A DNA stretch of 64,000 nucleotides from Eledone cirrhosa (GCA_964016885.1 OZ024742.1:248992001-249056000); one strand, 5' to 3'. Positions 12,570 to 28,113 are shown, numbered from the stretch's first letter. Notes: generated by a model from the letters alone, not told the origin. A program made the numbers and translations.

Positions 12570-14085
12570 TATTGGGAAAGAGATTCGATGTCATATTCTG
12601 TTTCCGCATCAAATCCGGGGCCAACGTGTTAGCTTTCTCTCTGACGGTTGACGGCAAGCCATACGTCACCAACTCACTCCCACCCATATCGAGGAGGGTG
12701 TCCTCGATCAATAAGTGCCCTGTTGTAGATAATGTCGCTGTAACCAACTTCCACTGAAGTATACTGCAGATGAGCCAGGCGCAAGAAGTCCTCAGACATG
12801 AAGTCTCTATACCATAAATATTTGGGATCACCCAATTCACACTTTTGAGGCGAAATGGCAAAGAGTTCCCGTAGTCATTTAGGTGATTTCAACAAAGCAC
12901 CCTTCTGCTAAAGTGGAATCCCATTGCGAATCATTTTCCAAAAGACCACGCTTAAAGCAGGCTTACCGGTACGTATCACATATTTCTCCATCAACAGTTT
13001 TGAGGTCCTGAAAACTTTGTGGGCTACATTTCATGCAGAAGAAGGCGGAGATGAAAGCACTCATGCTGACTTGGGGGCACAGTGTAAACCCTTCCAAGAC
13101 AGCTGTCAAATTTTACACCAGGATGTCTTTCAGCAGCCTGACCTGACTTAATTCACACCCAAGTGTTTTTCGACCATATAAAGTAGGATGGAACCTGGGA
13201 GTACACAATTGTTTGCGCAAATGTATCGAACTGGCAAAGTTTGAAGAAACCCGTCAGAGTGGTCTCTTTCGGATCGGCGGCCAACTTGGCGGCGATTTGG
13301 TCCGTAAAGTAAACCCTTTGCCAATTTTCCAAATGTACCGCAAGCTGTACGATGGCGGGGTGACATTGGTGTAGGGGTAAACCAAATAGGCGCCAAAAAG
13401 CTTCATTGCTACTGATGTACCGCCCCGCCAGGTATTCTGTGACCTCGTCCCTGCTATTTTCAGCTTGAAATGCGAACATTGCGGCATCAGAACCCTTATT
13501 TACATATTTGCATATGTATTTTATCGACTTGACGGAGTTGCAAAACTCAACGTTGATGTGGGCGTTGAACATCTTCAAGAGAAGCGGGCAGTAAGGGACC
13601 ACCCATCGATTGTCGACTTGACCTCCCTTTACTGTTGTGGTGAATTCACCGCTCTCGGGCCATCTCCGCCTGTACAGGGGGTACCCCTCACCACCATCCT
13701 GAGTCTGGTCAACAAATTTTTTGGGGTATCCCTTACTGCACGACCCCCCTTTCAGACACGTGTGATGCTCATTAGGACCCGACGCACACGGACCCTGTTA
13801 GCTTTGACGATGTCATGTAATTCCTGGTCAGTTGCTGGGTTAGGGATTTCAGCCGAAATGAAGCTGTCTATAGCATTTGAATTGATTTTATCAGCTAACC
13901 AAATCAAAATGTGAGCATGTGGCAGCCCTCGTTTTTGCCATTCAACGGTGAACATGTCACATTTTACAGCCCCAAATACCTGACCTTTTTTATTAAAGCC
14001 AGTTTCAGTCTGAACACTCTGGCAATGAGGTCATGTCTGTTCGAATAATTTTGCCCAGGAAAAAGTTCACGGGTTACATTCCGAT
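12570..14085 (-). pseudogene. Helitron Rep (HUH endonuclease) region, fragmented
   Basis: VEWQKRGLPHAHIL (HUH motif), VPYCPLLLKMFNAHINVE..SIKYICKYVNKG (catalytic Tyr), GRYISSNEAFWR. Confidence 0.92.
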
Positions 14086-14186
14086 TCATATGTCTATAGC
14101 ATTAATCTGTTATATGAAGTGTTATTTTGCGGGTTGTTATTTGCAATAAGCCGATTGAAAATGCCCCAGATAAGCCGTATGCCAAT

Positions 14187-14515
14187 ACGGAACGCTCAAT
14201 ACAGAATGCTCCACTGCAGTGTTGTCATATAGGGTGTGAAGAGCGACAGAGAGAGTAAAGCAGTTAAATTATAGAGAGAGGGAATATACGGAACGCTCCA
14301 TTTGATCATATATATTATTTCTCTCTCTGCAGTGTTGTCATATAGGGAGTGAAGAGCGACAGAGAGAGTAAAGCAGTTACATTATAGAGAGGGGGAATAT
14401 ACGGAACGCTCCATTTGATCATATACATTGTTTCTCTCTCTGCAGTGTTGTCATATAGGGAGTGAAGAGCGACAGAGAGAGAGAGAGTAAAGCAGTTAAA
14501 TTATAGAGAGGAGGA
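14187..14515. repeat. 113-bp tandem repeat, ~3 copies, inside the Helitron
   Basis: gcagtgttgtcatatagg recurs at 14216, 14329 and 14442. Confidence 0.9.
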
Positions 14516-15381
14516 ATGATCATGATCGATTTTTGCCCTTATTGTTGATTGATTTGAATTTTTTTGGCTTCATGACCTTCTCCTGACCAAAAGCAATAAT
14601 TGTCTCGACTTTAAATATAATCTCGTGAAAAAGGTTTTCTCAATTGTTTGTCTCATATTGAGAAAACAAAGAAAGAAAATTACAAAAAGGACAACAATAA
14701 AATATAATGTCTTTGTTGAGAATCATGTAAATAAATACTTAAGCGTCGTTATTGTTACGTTTGTTGTTTTATAAATTCAACTGTTGCTTTTGAATATTTG
14801 TTATTTGATGTAAAATGTAAGTGTGTAAAATTGAGAGAACAGTATGTATTTAGTGTTATCGGCTTTTTAAATTTTGATATTTGATGTATGAGTGTCGTTA
14901 TGACTGTTTGTTGCTTAGGTTTCAAAGTTTGTGTTGCATTCCTTCAAAAGAAGATTTGTCGTTGTTCTAAATTGTAATGGTGATAGGGTAGTAGACGGAG
15001 GCAGTAACCTTTTAAAGAGAGTTGCAGAGGAGATTTTTTTTGGGGGGGGGGGGGGGGTAGAGAGTGTGATGAACCTTTTAAAGAGAGTTGCAGAGGAGAT
15101 TGAGAGTGGAGTAGAGGAAAAGATGAACCTTTTAAAGAGAGTTGCAACATGTATGTAGTTTCATACATTTTTGATGGTAGTAGTGAGAGGAATGAAGCGT
15201 GTAAGAGAGAGGATTACAGCATGTATTTAGTTTTATCGACTTTTTTCATAGAAGCAGGACATTTTGGCAAAACTAATTCCGCCCTGGTAAATTTGGAGCA
15301 CATTGGAAAAAAATTCATCAAAATCGGTAGAGAAATGTGGAAATGAATAAAAATCATACACACACACAGACAGACATCTAG

Positions 15382-15430
<49 letters not shown>

Positions 15431-15433
<3 letters not shown>

Positions 15434-16230
15434 GTGGTGGTATCGAAAGGTTTCCCGACTAGTTCTGTAGCGCGCCAAATGATGGCAACACGAGGTTGTG
15501 CGCATAGTTAGAGATAGCAGTGATCTGCATGCGGCAACCGACCGAGTGACATCGCTGTGTTCACATCCGCAAGTTGCGAAATTTGTGTTTTTGTGATCAG
15601 CTGACTACTGACCGGCTGACTACTGACCGGAAAGAACATCGCGTCAAAGTCTGCCATCCTTCATGTCAAGAAACATCTCTGGTGGAGAGAGTTTGGTATA
15701 CGGGTACGACCCTGAGACGCAGTCGACGCAGTGGAAAAGGCCTTCATCTTCACGGCCGAAGAGCCGCAGCTCAATAAAGAGCATGCTCATAGTTTTTTTT
15801 TCGTCATCCGCGGTGTTATGTATCGAGATTTCGTCCCCTAGAGCAACGCCGTCAATCGAGATTTCTGCGGGAACAGTTTTAAACGTTTGAGGAAGGACGT
15901 TCTGCGAAAGAACCGGATCTATGGAGCGTGAATAATTGGATTCTTTACGACGACAATGCATTCTGTAACCGAGCTCGCCTCACTCATGTGTTTCTCGCCC
16001 CTAAAAACATTGTATCGTTTCTGCACCCACCCTATTCGCCAGACTTTGCAATCTCTTCTCTAAGCTGAAAATGCAGCTGAAAGGGCGACGTTTTAACACC
16101 GTTGTCGAGATCCGGAGGAATCGCCAAAGGTCCTCGACTCGCTTATGGAAAATGACTCCAGGCCGGACTCCAAAAGTCTCAGGAACGCTGGTATCGGTGT
16201 ATATGTAGTATAACATGTGGAAGTTTCATA
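15431..16230 (+). mobile_element. Decayed mariner transposon
   Basis: TIR-like start tacgtggtggtatcgaaaggtttcc. SGGESLVYGYDPETQSTQW and KSMLIVFF, then DN, PYSPD and KLKMQLKGRRF remnants. Confidence 0.8.
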
Positions 16231-16636
16231 TGAATGCTATTACTGATTACCAATCAATCACATACGTTGCAAGGTCCTTATTCCTGTTATTGACTCCACT
16301 TCAGCATAAATCTTCTCGTTAGACTTGTTATAAAGTCGTATCTATAAAACAAATATGGACTTGTTCCGTATTTCTGAGTCTGAGTTAATATCCCACTGAG
16401 TTAATACTCTACTTTCAGCCTTTATAGGTCGATAAAGAAACTACAAGTGATTTTTACCTCCTGGGTGATCCGCTGGATCAAGTGGTTCTAGTGATTATCT
16501 GCGTACGCTTGGGATTGCATGGGCACTAGAGAAATCATTGTACATGGTGCCATGTCATACTAGATTACGGGTGACAGCAGCAACAGCAGCAGACGCAACA
16601 GCAGCAGACGCAACAGCAGCGGCAGCAGAAGTAGTG

Positions 16637-17060
<424 letters not shown>

Positions 17061-17248
17061 AGTAAGTTAGTTGGCCGAAAACGATAAATGGAAAAGAAAG
17101 AAAGGAAATTTCAATACAATATAGTTAGCACTCCAAACGTTTAATTGGGAATATACTCCGGTATTTCCTAATGTTTGTTGAGTGAGTTGGAAATTGGTCG
17201 GAGTATCGCTATTAGCTTTCTCCGCTTATGTAGTTATATATATATATA

Positions 17249-17914
17249 TTGTTATACTTTGGGAGGGTCATGTTGCCAATAAGAATTAAAACCAAAGAAC
17301 TAAAACCAAAATTAAATAGAAAATATGAGTGGAACAGCAACATCACAACTTACAATTAAGGACAAAATGAAAACACACACACACATAGAACAAACAACTT
17401 ACAATTGAAAACACACACAAAATGAAAACACACACAAGACAAAATGAAAACACACACACTCATAGAACAAACAACCAACCAACAATAAATAAATAAACAA
17501 ACAAACAAATATAAATAGAAAAATAGAAAAATGAACACAAACACACACAGACACCCGGATGTGGCGCATGCGCAAACTGAGCACGCAACCCACACACAAA
17601 CAAAATGGCGTAGGATAGAAGAAAGGAAAGGCACAGAAACGAAGAAAGAAATCCCCAGTCACTGAAGAGGTCACAGAGTGTGTGACGAAAGAACTATGAC
17701 TATATATATATAAACAACTATCTGGTTGTGGAACCAACCAACCAACCAGAAATTTATAAATTTGTAAATTTATAAATATATATTAAATTAAATTGAAGTG
17801 AAAGCAACTGGTGCGTGTGTTTCTTATTGGCAACATGACCCTCCCAAAGTATAACAATATCGGTTTCAACACACGATTTCAGATAAAGAATCTTGCTAAA
17901 CAAATTCAGAAACG

Positions 17915-17918
<4 letters not shown>
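17249..17918 (+). mobile_element. HHR-bearing element with ~35-bp inverted segment, (TA)n flanked
   Basis: ttgttatactttgggagggtcatgttgccaataagaa (17249) is inverted at 17821-17857. A relative lies at 25916-26310. Confidence 0.7.
17657..17701 (+). ncRNA. Minimal type I hammerhead motif
   Basis: AGTCA CTGAAGA G GTCAC AGAGTGT GTGAC GAAA GAAC TA TGACT. Confidence 0.65.
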
Positions 17919-18002
<84 letters not shown>

Positions 18003-18497
18003 TTACATATTTTTTCTATTTATACACATGTGTGTATATGTTTGAGTATGTGTGTGCGTGTGTGTTTATGTTTATAAGAGACCGAAATAAAGAAAGCAAT
18101 AAAAGGAGAGTTAATTATATGTGGTTAAGTGAAGAAGGGGGAGATTTGGATTGAAGGATGAGCCATAATGAAACTATCTCGTGTGTGTGCACTTGATAGC
18201 AACAGGGTGTTGTGTAAGCACGCGGGTTCGACAAACTGCTGCAACTGTCAAATCATGCGACATTAGTGGTATGAGAATCTACCCAATATTGTACCCGATA
18301 ACCAGGGTATCATTTGACACGACACTTTTCTCTTAGCTCCGTTATGGAACCATTAAATGTGTTAACTAAATATACTCTCATAGAAAATATGAAATGGGTT
18401 TGTCTTCATTAGAAATATAGTTGTATGAGTGTGTATGTGTGAATGTATATATATGCATATATATATATGTATGTATATATATATATATATATGTATG

Positions 18498-18546
<49 letters not shown>

Positions 18547-18679
18547 CACACAGACACAAACATATATATATATACATATATTTTTAAAGAGAGGATAACT
18601 CACACACACAACCCTCCCCCTCTCTCTCTCTCTCTAACTGTCTATCTATCTATCTATGTATCTCCCTCTCTCTCTCTTT

Positions 18680-18728
<49 letters not shown>

Positions 18729-18989
18729 CGTGTGTGTGTGTGTGTATGTATTGTATATATCAATAGATAGAAACCTAGATAGATATAGACAGTAATTCTA
18801 GATATATCTATGTAGAACATGTGAATAAGTACAGAAAATGAGATAGCTAGCTCTTTAGTATGTAATTAACTCCCTTAATAATGGCTGTGAGATAGGAACA
18901 AGCATTACATATCAATTATATCTATATACCTCTATACGTTAACGACAGAAACCTCCCTACGTCACTTTATATATATGTATATATATATG

Positions 18990-19022
<33 letters not shown>

Positions 19023-19036
19023 ATACGTACATACGT

Positions 19037-19084
<48 letters not shown>

Positions 19085-19150
19085 ACATATATATGCGTGT
19101 GTGTTTGTATGTATACACACATATATATATGCGTGTGTGTGTGTACGTAT

Positions 19151-19253
<103 letters not shown>

Positions 19254-19817
19254 TATATACATATACATATATATATATATGCGTGTATGTTTGTACGTAT
19301 ATATATATATATATATTTATATATATTTATAATGTAGAATATGTATATATACATATTGTAGATTATATGTATATATATTAGTATTTGTGTATCTCTCTGA
19401 GTGTCTGGTTCTGTATGTGTGTGTTTGCGTGCGGGTCTGTATCAGCGCGCGCGTGTGTGTGTGTGCTGTATAATAAAAGAAGTGTTGGTGCTATACAGAG
19501 TTTCCTCTTATGTTATGTGCGTAGCATCACATTGGCTATTTCTGTATAAATAACATCGCTTCCATTGATATTCCTACATTCTTTATCAACAAGAATGGAT
19601 GTACCCTCCGTTGTAGTCGACAATGAGCGTTCATTCGTTTTATCAACTGATTGTCTGACTCATGAATTAACTTGTAAATGGTTGAGTATTTTACAGACTA
19701 GGGTACTTACTTTTAAATAATTCTCAGGGAGAACCAGAAATGAAAAATTGTGTGACAATGTTGGACTTTCCAGTTTCAATTTTATTATATTCCAATCTGA
19801 TTCCCATTGTTTGTGTT

Positions 19818-20006
19818 GGCGGTGGTATGGCAGTATCGGTAGAGGATCGGACGCCATGCTTTGTAGCATAGAGTTACGGCCTTTTATGATCTGAGTTCAA
19901 ATCCCGCTGTGGTTAACTTTGCCTTTCATCCTTACGAGATCGATAAAAAAGTACCAGTAATACACTGTGTAATTGCTGGCCTTGAGGCAAAAGTAGAAAC
20001 AATTAT
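19818..20006 (+). mobile_element. SINE, dominant family
   Basis: ggcagtatcggtagag...gagttcaaatccc...ggttaactttgcctttcatccttacg...aaagtagaaacaattat. Confidence 0.85.
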
Positions 20007-20332
20007 TTGTGTTGACTTGAGGTTATATAAAAGACATTTGCCGAAGATTCCATGAAGCGAGATCGGGTCCAGTTCATGATGATTGTCTAGCGAACATCTA
20101 AACTATCTAACGAACGAAGCTGCATTCACATTTCTTCTGTGTGTATGTGTGTGTGTGAGTGTGTGAGTGTGTATGTAGCGGTGTGTGTGTGTGTGAATGA
20201 GTGTCTGTGTGTGTTAGTGTGTGTGTAGTGGTGTGTTTGCGTGTGTGTGTGTGTGTGTTTTCATGTGGGTAATGTCTTGGACAAAAATATTAAATATTTT
20301 CTTGATGAAAGGCTACAATTCGCCTCTATAAT

Positions 20333-21392
20333 ATCATCATCATCATCATCATGTCACGTCCGCTTTTCCCTGCTTGCAAGGGTGGGACGGGGCTTATTCA
20401 GCACAGCATCTCTTCACTTGTCACGGTCCTTCCTCATCTCCACCGTGAGCTTCAGCGATCTGAGATCTGTTCTTACCACCTCCGCCCATGTTTTTCGTGG
20501 TCTACCCCTACCACGTCTTCCTTCAACTGGCATTTCCTGGCACTTCTTCACTCATCGGTCATCCTCCATTCGCATCACATGTCCATACCACCGCAGTCTC
20601 CTCTCTCGCACACTACATTCTATCCCTCTCAGACACAGTTTCTCTCTCAACACATCCATGCTGGGACGTTCACGCACATTGACATTGCACATCCAACGGA
20701 ACATGCTAGCCTCATTTCTCTCTAGCCTTCGCATATCCTCTGCAGTTGTTGCCCAAGTCTCACTACCATGCAGCATCGCGCTCCTCACACAGGCATCATA
20801 TAACCGGCCTTTCGTACGCAGGGAGAAACCCTTCTTCGTCAGCAGAGGAAGCAGCTCCCTAAACTTCTTCCAACCCGTCATTATTCTAGATACTATGGCA
20901 TCGGAACACCCCATCCCATGCTAATCATCAGATTCCTAGGTACCGGAAGCTATCCACCACTTCTATAGCACCCGCCTGCATTTGAAAAATGTGTCTATCA
21001 ATGCGACTTCTACTGTCTAATTTCCATGTACATCTACTGCATACGTATTTCTGCCTACCTGTTAGATTGTCTGCTATCCCACTACATCTCTTGTGTACCC
21101 AGGATCTGCATTGTGTACATTTTATAGAATTTATGCCAGTGCCTTTTCTGCATATCGAACATGGCCATTTCCCTAACGGTATCAGAGTTTTGTCCTCTTT
21201 TGTACTTATCAACACTTTTTTCTTAGCTAGGTTCACTCTCAGTCCTTTTGCTTCCAACTGCTGTTTCCATAGCCAGAATTTATTCTCTAGTTCCTCTACT
21301 GATTCTGCTATAAGAACCAGATCGTCAGCATAGAGAAGTTCCCATGGACAGCCAGACTTAAACTCCTCTGTTATGGCTTGGAAGATTATAAT
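20333..21392 (-). mobile_element. RTE-clade LINE 3' part (RT end with PHD-like insert), (GAT)n tail
   Basis: GCPWELLYADDLVL, GLRVNLAK, VVDSFRYLG, WKKFRELLPLL, MLHGSETW, RRLRWYGHV. Tail reads (atc)n on +. Confidence 0.9.
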
Positions 21393-21832
21393 AGAGTATG
21401 ATATATTTTGGTATAGTTGAATGAATCTTTGGTTAAATTAGACATCGAAGGTTCCTCTTGCTATGACTTAATATAGATATTAATGGTTGGATCAAGTCTT
21501 TTGCTCTTTTAATCTGTTACTGTTTTACTGGTTGAGTCCTTATACTGCGACCAGAGTGGACCATCACCTTCAAGGGATTTAATCGACCATATGGTGCCAG
21601 TACCCTTTTCGAAATTTCGTACTAATCTCATCGATCACTTTATATGGATTCGTTAGGTTATCAAACGCAAACGCCCTCATCCCACATACTCTCGCATATA
21701 TCTATATGTAACGCACATTTATTTTAACCTTGACAGGGAAATGGTAATTTGATGACTTTCTACCTATCTATTTTCTCTCATTGTCAGAGTGTTGACAAAG
21801 AATCAATTGTTGCTATCTATCTATCAATCAAC

Positions 21833-21938
<106 letters not shown>

Positions 21939-21989
21939 CATCTGGTGACAGTTGTATATCCCAATACAGTTTGAATATATATATATAAA

Positions 21990-22160
21990 TAATTGTTTCT
22001 ACTTTTGGCACAAGGCCAGCAATATCCACTACATTACTGGTACTTTATTTTATCGACCCAGTAAGGATGAAAGGCAAAGTTAACCTCGACGGGATTTGAC
22101 CGTAAAGGGACTTAACTATGCTAGAAAGCATGGCGTCCAACCCTCTACCGATACTGCCAT
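21990..22160 (-). mobile_element. SINE, dominant family
   Basis: Reverse complement of the same consensus. Confidence 0.85.
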
Positions 22161-22534
22161 GTGCACTGGAACGAATTGACTCAATCTTGCACCGATGTTT
22201 TCCAGATGTTGACTGAGGAGATGAGTCTGTCCGTCTTTGCGTTGTTTTTCCTTTATCTTTGTCCTGTGCACCCGTTATTTTGTGCGCCCGTTATTTTGAA
22301 TATACATAAATATATATATAGTTTAAGGAAACGACAAAACAGGACAAACGTTTAAGAATATATATTTCTTTTCCCTTTAATAATGTGTTTGTTTTTATTA
22401 GATTAAGCTCAATTATTTTTAGATAATGTCAATGGCCTTTCATGACAGTGAGATTTTGTATATTAAATAAATTCTGTAAATACTTTAAGAGAAAATATCT
22501 TGATTGGTGAAATTAAAAAGAAGACATTGTTGCA

Positions 22535-22640
22535 GCGAGATTATAAGTAGAAGATACTTGCTCAAGGTTCCACAAGGTGGAACTGAACCCAGAACGAAAT
22601 AGCTGCAAAACGAACTCTTTAACCGCACTATCATGCCTGC
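22535..22640 (-). mobile_element. Second tRNA-like SINE family, degenerate (similar pieces at ~3900-4040, ~20030-20110, ~45965-46060, ~60270-60360)
   Basis: rc: gtgcggttaaagagttcgttttgcagc...ctgggttcagttccaccttgtggaaccttgagcaagt (A/B-box-like). Confidence 0.55.
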
Positions 22641-22913
22641 ACTCTCATATATTTTAAAATCAATATGTGTGTGCCTGTGTATATATTTCAGTGTTTTTAC
22701 ATTGCAAACACTATGCCTTAAATTCGGTTGCTTTTATGTTTATATAGGCGCATTCTTGGGTGTATAATGTTGTATATATAATGATGAAACTATTTATTTT
22801 TACTGACATAAGATTTTAAAAAATAATATTTATATATTCCGTTATAAAAATACACACATTTTTTCACATATTTTTTCTGTGTAGAGGTAATAGCGTTCTC
22901 AATATAAATACAT

Positions 22914-23047
<134 letters not shown>

Positions 23048-23736
23048 TAATGATGTATGTGTGCAAACAAGTTCAACGCTTTCGCTTAATGTTCACACAA
23101 CCCATTATATGCCGTTATTATTAAAACCACTAGGTGTATAGCACCATGAAGACGATGGGAAAATATTTTATTCTCATATTTATCTGATTGCTCTATATAT
23201 TAAGTAGACACGACAGGCTAAAGGGCAGCTGCGCCCTTCAGCTTTTCGTGTTCTTTCCACCGAAGGCTGACACTGATACGGCTGTTCTTCAGAGTAAAGC
23301 ATGTTGTTAATTGTTATAGCTATACTTCATCTTCTGTTATAGATATACTTCATCAGGTATGGTCTGAGGCTAAACATTCGTTTTAGGTGATTTAGATAAA
23401 ATGTATATTTAAAAAACAAACGAAATACTGAAAAAGATTAAAAAGTAGAATAAAAAGAGATGAGGATTAGACAAACTCTACCCACTTGGTTGGATGGTAA
23501 ATTTTAGCTGGCGCACCCCGTAGACAAGAAAATGAAAGCACTGCTGCAGGGAGCGTCTAACGATGCCCATTCTATCTCATTGAGCTCCTTTCTCAGAAAA
23601 ACTACCCTCTACCCTCTTTCCAAATTTGTGAAAGAAAATGGCAGTCAGGTGTCGAGCCTTTTAACCTCTACCGCGTTGGCAGTAGTCTCCTAGGCGGGAT
23701 AAGCCTTTTCCCATTTGAACACGTTAAGTCACTTAC

Positions 23737-23817
23737 CTGGGATGCCATATGTTCCGATATATATTTTCTCCGGTGCTAACATCATCGCGTCGGGCAATAA
23801 CCCGGTTATTGCCATCC
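23737..23817 (-). CDS. Candidate 81-nt symmetric exon
   Basis: Acceptor ttttctgctcctatgccttag|, strong donor CAG|gtaagt. Two frames are open (DGNNRVIARRDDVSTGENIYRNIWHP or MAITGLLPDAMMLAPEKIYIGTYGIP). Confidence 0.45.
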
Positions 23818-24473
23818 CTAAGGCATAGGAGCAGAAAATAACTAAATAACGGGCATATACTTTCCTTTTCTATGTAGGTTGCCATCGAAACTTCTATATA
23901 CGAGAAAAACATTTTTAACATATTAGAGTATAATATATGTGTAGTATGTTTGATTACTAATTTAGAGTTGTAATTTTGTAAATTCCAAAATATAATTTCA
24001 TATTCTATGTATTAAAGAACTCACTAGTAATCTTGAAATTCTTTCACAGGGGAAAATACACGCTGATCGTATATCCTAGGATGGAGGGTTCATTATGTAG
24101 CTTACGATTTACTTTGTAATAACCTCGTTACTAATCTGGTAGCATGTAAAGGCACATGGCCATGTTATTAGGGCGTTGAGATCATGAATATATGACCATG
24201 GCTTCGAGTCCCGGTTAGCAAGGAAATTCATTTTACGTTGCTACAATTCATTCAACATTAAATGAATACCACCAGCAGCATCAACAACATGGACGAAATT
24301 TAAGCTTATGAAAGACTAGACCTCCGGCCGGCCTGGAGCATTTGTAACTCTTAGTCGTATTATGTTACATGAAGCATTGATAAGCATAATCTTGATGGCC
24401 CTAAGCTCGACCGAAAGTCTTTACCTCTAGTAACATACCCCTCTCCCTCTCCCTCTGTCTACACACACACACA

Positions 24474-24547
<74 letters not shown>

Positions 24548-24578
24548 TATATATTATATTATATATATAGATAGATAG

Positions 24579-24679
<101 letters not shown>

Positions 24680-24690
24680 AATATACATGT

Positions 24691-24722
<32 letters not shown>

Positions 24723-25149
24723 GGCAACACATAAACCAAAACACAAACATACATAATGCATATACATATGTTTGCTTGCCAGGCAAATGTATATTTGCGT
24801 TGAATTTGTTGTCAAATGCCAGCTAAATGCTGTTGTAGAAGGTTTGTAGTCAAACAAATACGGCACCACAAGCAAAAACTAAAATAATACAAAAGAGCAC
24901 AAGAATATTAAGCAAGGAAGTAGAATTGTCGGTTTGGTAACTGGGCACTGATTTCAATTATCTTTATTGCTATTAAATAAAAAAAAACACACCAGAATAT
25001 TCTCATAATGTTTGTTTAAATGTAAACAACATGGGTGGGTGGGGGTATAACATAACACAACATGGAACTACATATATGTATGTATGTGTGTGAGACAGAG
25101 AGTGTGTGTGTTTGTGAGTGTGTATCCGTGTGTATACATATATACATAC

Positions 25150-25181
<32 letters not shown>

Positions 25182-25194
25182 GTATTTATTTATG

Positions 25195-25232
<38 letters not shown>

Positions 25233-25770
25233 TGTATGTATGTATGCATACATAACCGTATATACAAACCCATCTGCTGCTACGTTATAACATTATGACC
25301 ATCAGTATCTGGAATGCAGGGTTGATGTAGAAATACAACCCACCAAGATTATGTTTACCCATTCCATGCTAAACTAATTGCCTCTAACACTCCCTGCTGA
25401 AATATTAAAACACTTTATACCTTCGTATAACTCTGAGTAACTCTTACAATGTAGATCATTCTGCTAGAAATAGCAGCCAATATCTCAAACATTAAAACAG
25501 ATATCACTGCATTACTTCATACATTAGTTTCATCCGCTACATCGTCAGATAGGTCAAACAAAACTATATTTCCATTGGTCTTTCCATTGCTGATACTCTC
25601 TGCAAAATGTTAGTCTTTCCCTCTATATATATATTTATACACAGACACACACACACACAGACACACACATACACACGCACACATACATATACATATATAC
25701 TGTATATATATATATATACATATAAATTAAGATGAGTTAAGACGGAAATATTTCAACGTAATTGTTTATT

Positions 25771-25821
25771 GCATGATACATATTTCTGTTACATGGTTAT
25801 TCATGTGACTTCATCAGATGC
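25771..25821 (-). ncRNA. Minimal type I hammerhead motif
   Basis: rc: GCAT CTGATGA A GTCACATG AATAAC CATGTAAC A GAAA TATGTATC ATGC AATAAA. Confidence 0.65.
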
Positions 25822-25851
25822 TTACGTAATCATTGGTGTAGATATCCATAT

Positions 25852-25915
<64 letters not shown>

Positions 25916-26053
25916 TGTTATATTTTGGGAGGGTCATGTTGCCAATAAAAACACACGCACCAGGTGGTTTTCACTTCAAATTATTATAAATTTCTGGGTG
26001 GTTGGCTGGTTGGTTGGATGGTTGGTTACATAACCGGAAGGATGTTTATATAT

Positions 26054-26098
26054 TGTCAAAGCTCTTTCGTCACACATTCTGTGACCTCCTTAGTGACT
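26054..26098 (-). ncRNA. Degenerate hammerhead (17657 family; core mutated to CTAAGGA)
   Basis: rc: AGTCA CTAAGGA GGTCAC AGAATGT GTGAC GAAA GAGC TT TGACA. Confidence 0.5.
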
Positions 26099-26309
26099 AG
26101 ATTTTTATTTTTGTGTGTGTCTCCTTTGCTCTGTCCTACACCAGCTTGTTTTTGCGTGTTATGTGTTGTTTGCTTAGTTTGCGCATGCATTACATCCGGG
26201 AGTGTGTGTAATTTTATTGCTCACGTGAGCCTCCCAAATTACAATATTATCTGTTTCAACACACGCTATCAGATAAGAAATGTCGCAAAAAAAAATTCAG
26301 AAACGAATA

Positions 26310-27352
<1,043 letters not shown>

Positions 27353-27705
27353 TTATACACACACGTTAATACATGGTAATTAGGCAGCGCTTCTGTATGT
27401 TCTTTTCAAATACGGTCCTGTTCTTAAAAAAAAATTATTGTCAGCATTTTTTATGAAGTTCTGTATAATATACCACAAAATAGCATGCCATGCAATGTTC
27501 TACATGCGCATGGGCAGATTGGCTAGCCAGTATAGGATTGTATTGTTGTTATATTTGTAGGGTCTGGTGGTAAATATCTGTAAGGTTTGTTTGTATATCG
27601 ATAATAAAATAAGCATATATATAAATATTGCCAACGACCATTCCCAGATATCATAACTATAATATGTATATTTATATATATATATGTGTGTGTATGTGTG
27701 GTGGG

Positions 27706-27738
<33 letters not shown>

Positions 27739-27851
27739 ATATATATATAAATGGAAAAAATGAAACGAAATTTCATTTCTCACTCTTAGTACGGAGGCTT
27801 TTTTGTTTACAAACAAACCGAGCATTATATAAATGTTCGGTAAATCCATAC

Positions 27852-27900
<49 letters not shown>

Positions 27901-27960
27901 CATGTATGTATATACATATTACTGTACGTCTGTATACATATATGAATGTACGTATACATA

Positions 27961-27996
<36 letters not shown>

Positions 27997-28085
27997 AAAT
28001 TTGAACGGGAACAAAAATAGAGTCAGACGAATAAAGGTTTATTAGGTTCACGCTGTTGAGAGTGAGGGCGGGGGGGGGGGGGGGC

Positions 28086-28113
28086 GACGTTTCGGGCATA
28101 AGCCCTTCCTCAG
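28086..28113 (-). ncRNA. Penelope-type hammerhead core, stem I lost
   Basis: rc: CTGAGGA A GGGC TTAT GCCC GAAA CGTC, with AATAAA downstream. Lies in a TA-flanked fragment (~27992-28242). Confidence 0.55.

Larger units (their letters stand above)
10865..15390 (-). mobile_element. Helitron with internal deletion and frameshifts
   Basis: 3' end rc ctcgagcaacgcctggg-ttaaacgg-CTAG (subterminal hairpin + CTAG). 5' end rc tataaagctagatgtctgtctg. Rep and helicase ORFs inside. Confidence 0.88.

Noticed and set aside
23322-23360. CTGATGA...GAAG on the - strand
   Set aside because: GAAA is absent. Explained by a short atacttcatc duplication.
23731-23740. ACTTACCTGG resembling the U1 snRNA 5' end
   Set aside because: No downstream U1 sequence. 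Better explained as a - strand splice donor.
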